Source: a virus (lineage: Duplodnaviria > Caudoviricetes). From it: 35,497 nt of DNA. This document shows, one piece after another, positions 17,596-27,100 of this stretch. Within the stretch, counting starts at the first letter, position 1, and the number at the start of each line of letters is the position of its first letter. The translations under genes and the position numbers were made by a program. Below the pieces are notes generated by a model, which saw nothing but the letters and a program-made list of their open reading frames with translations, searched no databases and had not been told where the DNA came from. The stretch lies in the IMG/VR virus record IMGVR_UViG_3300008020_000017, positions 1 through 35,497 of that record; one strand, given 5' to 3'.

Positions 17596-19184
17596 TCCGG
17601 CTCGCCGGCTTCAAGGGTGAGCTGCCGCGCATCCATCCCCGCCTGCTGCCGGAGGACGCCGCCCAGGTGGCCGAGAACACGCGCCTCGAAGACGGGACGC
17701 TGGTGCCGCTCAACGCCGCGCGGCTCGCCTACACCTTCACCACCGACACGGTGAGCTTCTTCCGCCGCCCCGATGGGGAGTGGCTGGGCTGGGGCGCTGT
17801 GGTCGATGCCGTGCCCGGCCCCGTCGCGGAGCTGCGCACCTATGTGACCGGCGACGGCCCCCCGCGCGTCATCGCCGACATCGCCTCCGCTCAGAATTTC
17901 CCGCTCCGGCTGGACCCGCCCGACACCGCTATCGTCGCGACCATCGGCCCGGAGGTTGTGGACGTCACCACGGCGGAGGCGACGTTCTTCACCTGCACCT
18001 TCGTCACCGTGCTGGACGAGGAAAGCCAGCCCGCGCTGCTGTCCAACGAGCTTATTCTGTCCAGCAACGTAACCGTGACGCTGACCATCGGCGCCACCCC
18101 GCCGCCAGGGCGCGGGATCAACCGTGTCCGCATCTACCGCAGCCAGACGAATGCGCTGGGCACCACCAACCTCTATTTCGTGGCCGAGCTGACCGTGGAG
18201 GCCGCCGCGGCGCCGTGGGTCCACGACCTTGAGGCCAACCCGCTGCAAGAGGGCGTCGTCACCGCGGATTACACCCCGCCGGTGGATGACCTGAAAGGCA
18301 TCGTCGCCTGCGCCAACGGCATCATGGCCGCCTTCTCCGGGCGCGATCTCTACTTCTCGGAACCATACCGCCCCCATGCGTGGCCGCAAAAATACAGCCT
18401 GACCATGGATTTCCCCATCGTCGGTCTGGCCGCGCTGGGCTCGTCCGTCGTCATCATGACCGAGGGCACCCCGTATATCGCCCAAGGCTCGACCCCCGAC
18501 GCCATGGTCAACACCCGCATTGAGCAGAACCTTCCCTGCGTCGCGGCGCGGGGCATCGTGGATCTCGGATATTCGGTCGCCTATCCCTCGACCGAGGGGC
18601 TTGTCGTCGTCTCCCCCGATCAGGGCGCGCGGATGATGAGCCGGGGCCTGTTCACGCGGAAACAGTGGGACGACATGGCCGCTGCCACCTTCATCGCGGG
18701 CCAGCATGTCGGGCGCTATATCTTCTCGCACCTGCCGGAGGGCGCGACAGAGCGGTCCATCAAGGTCATCGACCTGTCGGGCGAGCAACCGTACCTGATC
18801 CGCGCGACCGAGGTGGCCGAGGCCATGTTCTTCGAGATCGGCACCGGCAAGCTCTACCTGCGCGTCGGCGCCCGGCAGATTTTCGAGTGGGACGACATCG
18901 ACGGCGCCCCGAAGCCGCAAGTCTGGCGTTCCCGCCTCTACAACCTGCCGGGCCTGACCAACTTCGGCGCGGTCCTGGTGGAAGCGGACGGCGACACGAC
19001 GGACTCCGAGCTGCGCGTCTATGCCGACGGCGTCCTGCGCGACACCATCACCCGGTTCAACGAGGTGGATCGCCTGTCGGGAGACTTCCTCGCGATCCGC
19101 TGGGAGTTCGAGGTACGCGGCACCGCCGTCGTCACCGCCATCACGGTCGGCGGATCGGCAACCGAGATCGGGGGAGGGACATGA
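17592..19184 (+). CDS. Tail tubular/nozzle protein (P22 gp10 / T7 gp12 positional equivalent)
   Basis: ATG 17592 (MIRLAGFKGELPRIHPRLLPEDAAQVAEN). Beta-rich, with RIYRS, NGIMAAFSG.DLYFSEPYRPHAWP and YPSTEGLV. 530 aa. Confidence 0.8.
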   Translation: MIRLAGFKGELPRIHPRLLPEDAAQVAENTRLEDGTLVPLNAARLAYTFTTDTVSFFRRPDGEWLGWGAVVDAVPGPVAELRTYVTGDGPPRVIADIASAQNFPLRLDPPDTAIVATIGPEVVDVTTAEATFFTCTFVTVLDEESQPALLSNELILSSNVTVTLTIGATPPPGRGINRVRIYRSQTNALGTTNLYFVAELTVEAAAAPWVHDLEANPLQEGVVTADYTPPVDDLKGIVACANGIMAAFSGRDLYFSEPYRPHAWPQKYSLTMDFPIVGLAALGSSVVIMTEGTPYIAQGSTPDAMVNTRIEQNLPCVAARGIVDLGYSVAYPSTEGLVVVSPDQGARMMSRGLFTRKQWDDMAAATFIAGQHVGRYIFSHLPEGATERSIKVIDLSGEQPYLIRATEVAEAMFFEIGTGKLYLRVGARQIFEWDDIDGAPKPQVWRSRLYNLPGLTNFGAVLVEADGDTTDSELRVYADGVLRDTITRFNEVDRLSGDFLAIRWEFEVRGTAVVTAITVGGSATEIGGGT

Positions 19185-19705
19185 CCAGCCGCATCCGCAA
19201 AGACCCGCTGGAGCTGATCGCGGAACAGAAGCTCCTTGTCCTGGCGGGCGAGCGCGGCGACCCGCTCGATCACGCCCTGCGCCGCCGCCAGCTTGAGGAT
19301 GTGCAGCTCCTGATCGCCTCCGTTCGGAAGCAGGCCGTCATCATCGTCGCCCAGCTCCTCACGGCGCAGGGCGACATCGACCAGATCAATGGCGAGATCA
19401 CCGACATCGGAGTCGCCATCGCCGGTCTGTCTGCGGGCATCGCCACCGTGGCCGACAACCTCTCGGGGGTCGCGGGCGACCTGACCACCGTGGCGGGCGA
19501 CCTCGCCATCGCCGAAGACAGCCTTGCGGCACTCAACGCCGCCATTCCCGACGTCATCGCATCCGTTGCCGCCAAGCGGGCCGTTGCCGTCGCCGCGATG
19601 GAATCGAGCGACGTCTCGGGCGCCCCCGATGCGGGTGATTTCAACGACCTGCACGCCGACGTTGCGGCGATCCGTGCCGCCATCATCGCCATCAGGAACG
19701 CCTGA
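19181..19705 (+). CDS. Coiled-coil structural protein, possibly a tail needle
   Basis: ATG 19181 with GGAGG RBS. Heptad repeats IATVADNLSGVAGDLTTVAGDLAIAEDSLAALN. Lies between the nozzle and GNAT genes, like P22 gp26. Confidence 0.65.
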   Translation: MTSRIRKDPLELIAEQKLLVLAGERGDPLDHALRRRQLEDVQLLIASVRKQAVIIVAQLLTAQGDIDQINGEITDIGVAIAGLSAGIATVADNLSGVAGDLTTVAGDLAIAEDSLAALNAAIPDVIASVAAKRAVAVAAMESSDVSGAPDAGDFNDLHADVAAIRAAIIAIRNA

Positions 19706-19707
19706 CC

Positions 19708-20163
19708 ATGACACTGATCCTCTCCGTCTCCGACCCCGAAGCACTTCTCGAATGGGCTGCGGCACGCGTGGGCGGGACGCCCGACATCTGGGGGCCGACG
19801 GCCGAGCCCCTGGGCATCCTCGACGCCGAAACCGGCAGGGTGCGCGCCGTCATGGTGGTCAACGGCTTCTTCTCGGACGCAGCCATGGTGCATTTCGCAT
19901 CGGACGGCACCAAATCCTGGGCCACGAGGAATATCCTCGGCGGCCTGTTCGGCTATATGTTCGTCTTCAAGCGCCTCGCCCGCGTCATTGGTCTTACCCC
20001 CGCGACCAATGTACCCGCCCTCAAGATGGTCCTGATGATGGGCTTTCGGATCGAGGGCACGGTGCGCCGCAGCGCCGACAGCGCAGATGTGGACGTGATG
20101 ACAACGATGTTCGCGGCGCAATGCCCGTGGATCGTACCGGCGGAGGGGGAAGACAATGGGTAA
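19708..20163 (+). CDS. GNAT-family acetyltransferase-like protein
   Basis: YMFVFKRLARVIGLTPATNVPALKMVLMMGFRIEGTVRR is a RimJ/RimL-like GNAT motif. Position matches P22 gp14. Confidence 0.8.
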   Translation: MTLILSVSDPEALLEWAAARVGGTPDIWGPTAEPLGILDAETGRVRAVMVVNGFFSDAAMVHFASDGTKSWATRNILGGLFGYMFVFKRLARVIGLTPATNVPALKMVLMMGFRIEGTVRRSADSADVDVMTTMFAAQCPWIVPAEGEDNG

Positions 20164-21148
20164 GAAAAAGGCGCCTTCGGCTGATCCGCGCATCGGCGAG
20201 GCCGCGATGCTCTCGGCCCAGACCGGGCAGGACTATCTCGCCTACATGAAGGATCAGGCGGCCATCACGAACGAATGGGCCGCCGATGACCGCGCACGGC
20301 AGCAGGAGGTGTTCATCCCGCTGCAAGACAAGTTCATCGAGCAGGCCCAGACCTGGGACTCGCCCGAACGCATGGGCGCGCGTGTCAATCAGGCCCGGAC
20401 CGGCGTTCAGGACCAGATCGGCGCCGCCCAGCAGCAGCGCCAGCGGACCAATGCCGCGATGGGGGTGCGGCCGGACTCGGGACGCGCCGTGGCCGGGGAC
20501 AACACCGCGGCGATCCAGAGCGGCCTTGCCACGGCAAACGCAGGCAATCTTGAACGCCGCGCCGTCACAGGCGAGGCGGAGGCCATGCGCGCCAACGCCA
20601 TCAACCTCGGCTCCGGCCTTGCCGTGAACCCGGCGACGTCGATGGGGCTGTCCAACGGCGCCGCATCCTCGGGGTTCGGGGGCGCCATGAACGGCTACAA
20701 CCAGCAGGGCCAGCTTCTGAACACGCAGTTCCAGCAGCAGATGCAGAGCCACAACGCCAACGCGAAAGCTTCGAGCGATCTCTGGGGCGGGATCGGCAAC
20801 ATCGTCGGCATGGCCTTCGGCTCCGACGAGAACATCAAGGAGAACAGGAAGCCGCCCCGCCGCAGCCTTCTGGACGCGGTCGACAACATGCGAGTCGAGG
20901 AATGGGACTACAAGGACGGCGCGGGCGATGAGGCCCGCCACGTCGGCACTTATGCCCAGGACTTCAGGAAGAACACCGGCATGGGCGACGGCAAGACGAT
21001 CAACGTCATCGACGCCATCGGCACGACCATGGGCGCCATCAAGGAGCTTTCGGCCAAGGTCGACGCGATGGGAAGCGGCGACAGGACCGTGATGACCCCC
21101 ATGGGCAAGGCCCCGCCTGACCGCACCCGCCGCAGGGAGATCGCCTGA
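20156..21148 (+). CDS. Putative internal virion/ejection protein with C-terminal Peptidase_S74-like intramolecular chaperone domain
   Basis: Gln/Gly/Ala/Asn-rich body, then FGSDENIKEN...VEEWDYK...HVGTYAQDF...MGAIKELSAKV, the S74 signature (SDxxxK, W.Y, G..AQ, C-terminal coiled coil). Confidence 0.75.
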   Translation: MGKKKAPSADPRIGEAAMLSAQTGQDYLAYMKDQAAITNEWAADDRARQQEVFIPLQDKFIEQAQTWDSPERMGARVNQARTGVQDQIGAAQQQRQRTNAAMGVRPDSGRAVAGDNTAAIQSGLATANAGNLERRAVTGEAEAMRANAINLGSGLAVNPATSMGLSNGAASSGFGGAMNGYNQQGQLLNTQFQQQMQSHNANAKASSDLWGGIGNIVGMAFGSDENIKENRKPPRRSLLDAVDNMRVEEWDYKDGAGDEARHVGTYAQDFRKNTGMGDGKTINVIDAIGTTMGAIKELSAKVDAMGSGDRTVMTPMGKAPPDRTRRREIA

Positions 21149-22002
21149 TGTCCAGCGCCGCCGGATCGTTCATGACCAGTTTTGCCGGTTCCTATCAGGA
21201 CCGGAAGAATCGCAAGGCCGACGACGCCCGGCGCGAGGAAGACCGCGCGCGCACCATCGAGGACCGCGCGTACAGCCGCGGCGCCCGGAGCGCTGACCAG
21301 CAGTACCCGGCCGACGAGCTGCAATATCGCCGCGACGATCTCAGCTATCGCAGGGAGATCGGCAACCGCGGCAATGCCGCACCCTTCGCCGCCTCGGACC
21401 CGGTCAACACCGATCTTGAGGCCCATCAGCGCGCCCTTTTGAACGCCATCGCGGGCGGCGAAAGCGATGGCAGGTACAATGTCCGCTACAGCCCCGACGG
21501 CGGCCAGAATTTCGACCTCGCAGGCGGCCACCCCAGAGTGTTCGAGCCCGGCCCGCACGGCAAATCCTCGGCGGCAGGCCGGTATCAGCACACATGGACG
21601 ACATGGAAGGACATTGCGGGTGCCGACACGCCGTTCACACCCAAGAACCAGGACCTCTATGCCTGGAAGCTGGCCGAGCGCGATTACCGCGCCCGCACCG
21701 GGGGCGATCTCAACGAGGTGCTGCGCAGCGACGGTCTGAGTGACAGTGTGATGGAAACGCTCACCCCGACGTGGCAGGCGTTCAAGGACAGGGGCAAGCG
21801 CGCCCGTTGGGCCGCGACCTATTCCGACAGCCTCGGGCGCTACAGCCAGCCAGCCCATGCGCCAGCCGCCCCGGCCCCCCGCGAAATCGAGGGCACCTAC
21901 CCCGAGCGCCCCCGGTTCCAGTTCCCGACCTTCGGCATCACCAGCACCGCGCCGTTCATCCCGCAGCAAGGCTTCACCCCGACACCCCGTCGCGGCATCT
22001 GA
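21148..22002 (+). CDS. Virion-associated lambda-type lysozyme / lytic transglycosylase (GH104-like)
   Basis: ALLNAIAGGES (catalytic Glu), SSAAGRYQ and FTPKNQD match lambda R motifs. Has an ejection-protein-like N-terminal extension and no adjacent holin. Confidence 0.85.
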   Translation: MSSAAGSFMTSFAGSYQDRKNRKADDARREEDRARTIEDRAYSRGARSADQQYPADELQYRRDDLSYRREIGNRGNAAPFAASDPVNTDLEAHQRALLNAIAGGESDGRYNVRYSPDGGQNFDLAGGHPRVFEPGPHGKSSAAGRYQHTWTTWKDIAGADTPFTPKNQDLYAWKLAERDYRARTGGDLNEVLRSDGLSDSVMETLTPTWQAFKDRGKRARWAATYSDSLGRYSQPAHAPAAPAPREIEGTYPERPRFQFPTFGITSTAPFIPQQGFTPTPRRGI

Positions 22003-22013
22003 GGAGATACACC

Positions 22014-23996
22014 ATGGCCGGTCTTGGCTCTTTCGTCGGCGGCTTCACAAGCGGTGTGGACACGCGCCACAAGTGGGATGACCGCAAGCGCAACCAGAAG
22101 TTCGAGGACGAGGATCGCGCCTGGGCCGACGAGAACCGCGACTGGTCGCGCGAAGACCGCGGCTGGACCGAAGAGCTGCGCGATTGGGACCGCGAGGACC
22201 GGGACCATACCCTCTCGCAACGGGATCGCGCCCGCAAGGAACAGCAGCGCCTGGACGATCTGGCCGCTGCCGAGCGTCAGGCATATGCCGATGCCTTCGA
22301 CAGCGCGAAGGGCGCCGCAGCCGCCCCGCCGCCGCGCCGCACCATCGATCACGACACGTTCGGGCAAGTGAACCATAACCTCTCGTTCGGCCCGACCGTA
22401 GGCGCCCCGCAGCCGCCCGCGCCCGCGCTCGCGGCTCCCGGCCAGCCGATGCAGCCCAACCAGACCGACGTGCCCCCGGTGGCTCCCGGCGGTGAAGGCC
22501 CCATGGTCGCGCCCCGCCGTGGACTGCCTGGCGAGGTGGGAAGCCCCGACCATTCCCATTTGACAGTGCCCCGCGCCGAAGACCCCGCCGGGGGCGGCGG
22601 CGAAACCCCGCAAATCACCATCGGCGACTGGCGGCAGATGAGCCGCAGCGAACGCGAGGCGGCAGGCCTTCCGACGTCGGAGATCGGCGCTCAGATCTTC
22701 TTCAAGCGGTTTCAGGAGGGCATCCTCCCAGGATCGCACCCGAGCGTCGACATGCCCCCGAAGGGCGTTCGCGCCAATGACGGAGGCATCCCTTCCGATC
22801 CCGGCATGCCGCCACCTCTCGAAAACCCGCCTGTTCGCCCCGCGCCCCGCAGCATCGACGGCAGCAGCGGCCCGGCGATGACGACGCCGACCGCGCCCGG
22901 CACGCCGATGCCCAGCACCCCGCAGCAAGACCCGGGCGTCAACCGGATGCCGCAGCCCCAGATGCCCGTCCCGGCGCCGCTCGGCCCGACCGACGGCACC
23001 TCTCCCCGCCAGCCCGGCCAGCCGGTGCCGACCGACGCCCCGAACCGGCCCGGTCCCGAACAGGCCGCGCCCGCCGGAACCGAGATCGCCGCCACCCTCG
23101 GTGCTCCGGCAGGCCAGGACCCGGCCCCGGAAATCCCGGTGGAGGCCGCGCCGTCGGTGAAGGCCGCCGAGTCGATGATCCCGGCCATCGCTCCGAACCG
23201 GCGCAGCGTCGACGGGTCCACCCTGACGTTCGGCGACACCGCCCAGACGAGGGCCCCCACCAAGGCCGAGAAGGGCCGCGCCAGCGCCGCCGTCAAGACG
23301 TTCATGGACCAATACATCGAGACGTCGGTGCCGCAGCTTGTGGAATTTTACCTGCGAAACGGTCTGGTCGAAAAGGCCCAGGCGTTCGACAAATGGGCGA
23401 AGGACAGCGAGACCCAGAAGAACATCGCCCACTGGTCGAAGGGCGTGTTCGCGGCGTCCATCGGCGACGAAAAGGGCATGCTCTCGTCGTTCATGACCTA
23501 TTACAACGGCATCAACGACGGCGTGACCGTCGTGGAGGACGAGTCGGGGTTCACCAAGGACGCCGAGGGCAACAACAACGGCATCGACTTCACGTTCAGC
23601 AACGACAAGACGGGCGAGACGTGGAAGCAGCACATCGAGGGCACCGAGGGGCTGCTGCAGCAGGGCATCTACGGCCTTGCCCCAGAGCGCATGTTCGAGG
23701 TGCTTTACACCCAGATGGAGGCCGCCCAGAAGATCGAAGCCAAGGGTATCGAGGGCGATCAGCGGATTGTCGAGGCGGTGCTGAAGGCCATGGGCACCAC
23801 CGGCGATGACAAGGTCAGCAAGCGCGTTGCCGAGATCGCCGAGGACATCAACGGCGACTTCACCCTCGGCGACATGACCCCGGACGGGAAGGTGGCTGCG
23901 ATCCTGCAACAGATGGAGATCGAGGCCCGTGCCTCCGGCGCCGTGCGCCAGGGCCGCTACAGTGATGACATCCCGATGATGATCCCGCCCACCTGA
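22014..23996 (+). CDS. Putative internal virion/ejection protein with a long Pro-rich region
   Basis: ATG 22014 with GAGGAG RBS (MAGLGSFVGGFTSG). 7-aa charged Trp repeats, Pro-rich middle, globular C-terminus. 660 aa. Confidence 0.8.
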   Translation: MAGLGSFVGGFTSGVDTRHKWDDRKRNQKFEDEDRAWADENRDWSREDRGWTEELRDWDREDRDHTLSQRDRARKEQQRLDDLAAAERQAYADAFDSAKGAAAAPPPRRTIDHDTFGQVNHNLSFGPTVGAPQPPAPALAAPGQPMQPNQTDVPPVAPGGEGPMVAPRRGLPGEVGSPDHSHLTVPRAEDPAGGGGETPQITIGDWRQMSRSEREAAGLPTSEIGAQIFFKRFQEGILPGSHPSVDMPPKGVRANDGGIPSDPGMPPPLENPPVRPAPRSIDGSSGPAMTTPTAPGTPMPSTPQQDPGVNRMPQPQMPVPAPLGPTDGTSPRQPGQPVPTDAPNRPGPEQAAPAGTEIAATLGAPAGQDPAPEIPVEAAPSVKAAESMIPAIAPNRRSVDGSTLTFGDTAQTRAPTKAEKGRASAAVKTFMDQYIETSVPQLVEFYLRNGLVEKAQAFDKWAKDSETQKNIAHWSKGVFAASIGDEKGMLSSFMTYYNGINDGVTVVEDESGFTKDAEGNNNGIDFTFSNDKTGETWKQHIEGTEGLLQQGIYGLAPERMFEVLYTQMEAAQKIEAKGIEGDQRIVEAVLKAMGTTGDDKVSKRVAEIAEDINGDFTLGDMTPDGKVAAILQQMEIEARASGAVRQGRYSDDIPMMIPPT

Positions 23997-24028
23997 GGCC
24001 CACCAACCGCCCACCAAGTTCCCACCAA
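23988..24028 (+). repeat. Four CCCACC(AA) direct repeats at exact 11-bp spacing
   Basis: Starts at 23988, 23999, 24010 and 24021. Inverted copy TTTGGTGG at 24083-24090. Confidence 0.75.
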
Positions 24029-24140
24029 ATTTCCAGCAGCCGACGCCGCGACCCTACCGGTTCGTGGCAATTCGGTAGCCTGTTTGGTGGAATATAGGTT
24101 ACTTACAGAGGGAATATACGATACATCCAAGCCTCATACA

Positions 24141-24157
24141 CCGCGCATGATGTGCGG
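24141..24157 (+). promoter_or_regulatory. 5'-leader hairpin CCGCGC-ATGAT-GTGCGG (candidate translational operator)
   Basis: Core GCGCATGATGTGC differs by one loop base from the capsid-leader copy and sits about 30 nt before the GTG of the giant gene. Confidence 0.55.
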
Positions 24158-24186
24158 CCACATTCGGACCGGAAAGGATACCGCCA

Positions 24187-27100
24187 GTGGCCACTACTTT
24201 TGGACGCAATCTCGTCTCCGAAGCTCTCGACCGCGAACGCCAGCGGATCGCCCTTCGCGCCCGGGGCATCCTGCCCGGCGAAAAACCGGCACCGGCCCCC
24301 ACACCCCCACCATCCCCTTCCGGCGCATCGACCGCACCATCGGCCCCCGGCGCGCCGACCGAGGCTCCCGCCACGTCGACCGCCGATCCACGGTCCATGA
24401 TGGAGGACATCGCGCGCACCACCCGCGTCCCGGCGAACCTGCTGGCGTCCATCATCGAGGCAACAGGGTCGACCGACGCCGAGACCGCACAACGCACCGC
24501 AACCGCCGCCGCCCAGCGCATCGCGCCCCTGCTGGCGAGCGGCGTGTCGCCCGAAGACGCCGTGCGGCAGATTTTGGGCGACCGGGCCGACCCCGTCATC
24601 CAGCGCGCCTACGACATAGGCAGCGAATGGACCGGGGGCGCATCAAAGCCCGTCGAGAAGGACGGCACCGTCGCGGGCGATCTGGCGGCGAAGGCCGCGC
24701 AGGGCATAGTCGGCTCCGGTGTCGGCGTCACGCTGCGTGGCGCGGGTGAGCTGGCGGCGGTCACCGCCGACGCCGTCAACGCCCCGCTCAACGCAATTTC
24801 GCGCGCGGTCCTCGGTGAGGATGTGTTCTCCCGCGCCCCGGTGCTGGGCGTCCAGACATCGAAGACCGTGAAGGATTGGGCTGACGAGACCTTTGGCCCG
24901 ATGGTGTCGAAGGGCGGGCAGGACGCGATCAGGAACACCCGGATCAGCGGCAACGCCATCGACCCGTCCACCTGGGACTTCGGCACGGACCCGAGCGCCT
25001 ACGGCATCATCCTGCAAGGTGTCGAGGTGTTCGGCGGCATGCTCCCCGTCGTCGCCGCCGCTCTCCTTACAGGTGGCGCGGGCGCCATCGCTGTCGGCGC
25101 CTCGCAATCGGCGGGCGATCAGGCCATGGCCTCCGACGAAACCCTGACCCGAATGTTCGAGACGAAGGGCAAGGACGGCAAATCCGTGCTTGAAGCCGAG
25201 TCCAGGACGTTCCGCGACTATCTGGCCCGGGGCATGTCCGAGAAGGACGCCTTCGAGCGCACCCGCGCCGACGGCGCCCGCATGGCCGCGATCATCGCCG
25301 CCCCTATCGGCGCCCTGGGCGGCAAGATCACCCAGACCCTCGTTTCCCCCGGCACCAAGATCCTCGCTGGTCGCGGAATCGGCGCCCGCATCGCTGGCCG
25401 CGCCGGGCTGGGCGCCGCCGAAGAGGGCGTTCAGGAGGTGGCGGAGGTGGCCGGTGGCCGGTTCGGCACCAACACCGCGACCGGGACCGACATCGACCTG
25501 ATGGAAAACACCCTTGCCGACTTCGTCCTCGGGGCCTTCGCCGGTGGAGCCATAGGCGCAGGCGGCGGGGCGTTCTCGCGTCGTGAGCAGCCCACTCCCC
25601 TGCCCGCCCCCGCGCCACCCCTCGGTCTGCCCGCCCCAGCGCCGCAACCACCTGCCGGTCCTGACACCGGACCTGTCCCCGCGCCTGCCCCAATGGGTGC
25701 CGCGCCCACACCCCCGGCACCGCCTGCCCCCGCACCGCCGCCCGCCGGTCCCCTCGCTTCCGCCCTTGGATCGGCGCCGGAACCGCTGATGCCTGAGATG
25801 CCCGTCGGCACCCGCATCAGGGTGGACCTTGATCGCGGGGGCTCCATAGACGCGACTTACGAGGGTGAGAACGCCCTCGGGGTTCAAATCCGCGAGCCCG
25901 GCGCCACCGAAACCCTGACGATCCCGCGCGAAGAGATCGAGCTGGGCCTGTCCAGGATCTCGCCCGTCAACACCGATCGGGGTGTAATGACGGGCGACCA
26001 GCTCCGGGCGTATGCAGAGCAGCGCCTTGCCGAGTTCGATGAAAAGCCTGACGTGACGCCCCGAGATGAGGCGTTTGCGCAGTTCATCTTCGACAATATC
26101 GACAATCCCGACGAATTGGCAAAGGCGCTTGGCGTCACGATCAGGGATGAAGGTGATGGCACAGACAGTGGCGGTATGGGACCGGGCGGCCCGGGAAATG
26201 CTGGACAAGGGCCTGCTGACCCCGGCGCAGCACCGGCAGGTGTTCAAGTTCCTGAACCAGCCGGGCCAAACGTCGGTGCCGTCGAGGACACCCCTCACCC
26301 AGGCGCTGAACAAGGTCCACCTGTACGCCCTGCGACCCCTGAACAGCCGGTCGCTGTAACCCCGCCGCCCGCGAAACCGCAGGCGCCCGCCCCCGTCGTC
26401 ACGCCCGAGCCTCTCGATGGAAGCCCGGACCCGGAAATCGTGGAGTTCAAGCGCAAGGGCGCGCGCATGGGCCGCCTCATCGTGGTCGATCACGGCAAGG
26501 ATGGGTTCGAGGTCCGTTCCGATCACAATATCCCGGGCTATTCCAGCGCGTCAGGCAGCATCAATGGGCGGTTCCCGACCCGTGACGCCGCGGTGTCGGC
26601 TGGGATCGCGGACATCCGCGCCCAGGTGGCGGACATCGCCACCGGCAAGAGCGGCAGTACGTCGAACACGACGCGCGCCGACGCCAGACGCATCCTCGCA
26701 TGGCTGGACAGCATCGAGCCGAAGGCCGTCGAGCCTGTCGCGCCTCCCGTCAAGCCTGTGCCGCCGAAGGGCGGAATGAAGCCGCTCACACCCGAGGAAG
26801 GCGAGAAGCTGTTTCTGGACGCGCTGAACGAGGACGAGGCCGCCGACAAGCCTGCTGATGCGCCTGCAAAACCCCAGGAGGCTTCCGTCACCGGCGCCAC
26901 GGACGGCGCCCATGCCCGCTGGGCGCGCGACGTCGCTGCGAACCTGCCCGATGGCTGGACCGTCACTGTCGAGAAAGGCCCGGTCCCCTACGAGCGCATC
27001 GAGTTTTCCACCTTCACGGCGCCGAACGGGTACACGACCCAGCACAACGAGACATCCTACGCAACGACCTATGGCAAGGACCGTGTTGCCGCCGCCGCAG

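Noticed and set aside
25583-25789. Possible third nested +1-frame ORF in a Pro-rich linker
   Set aside because: Host codon bias is somewhat relaxed here, but the product is Pro/Arg low-complexity with no clear RBS, unlike the two accepted nested ORFs.
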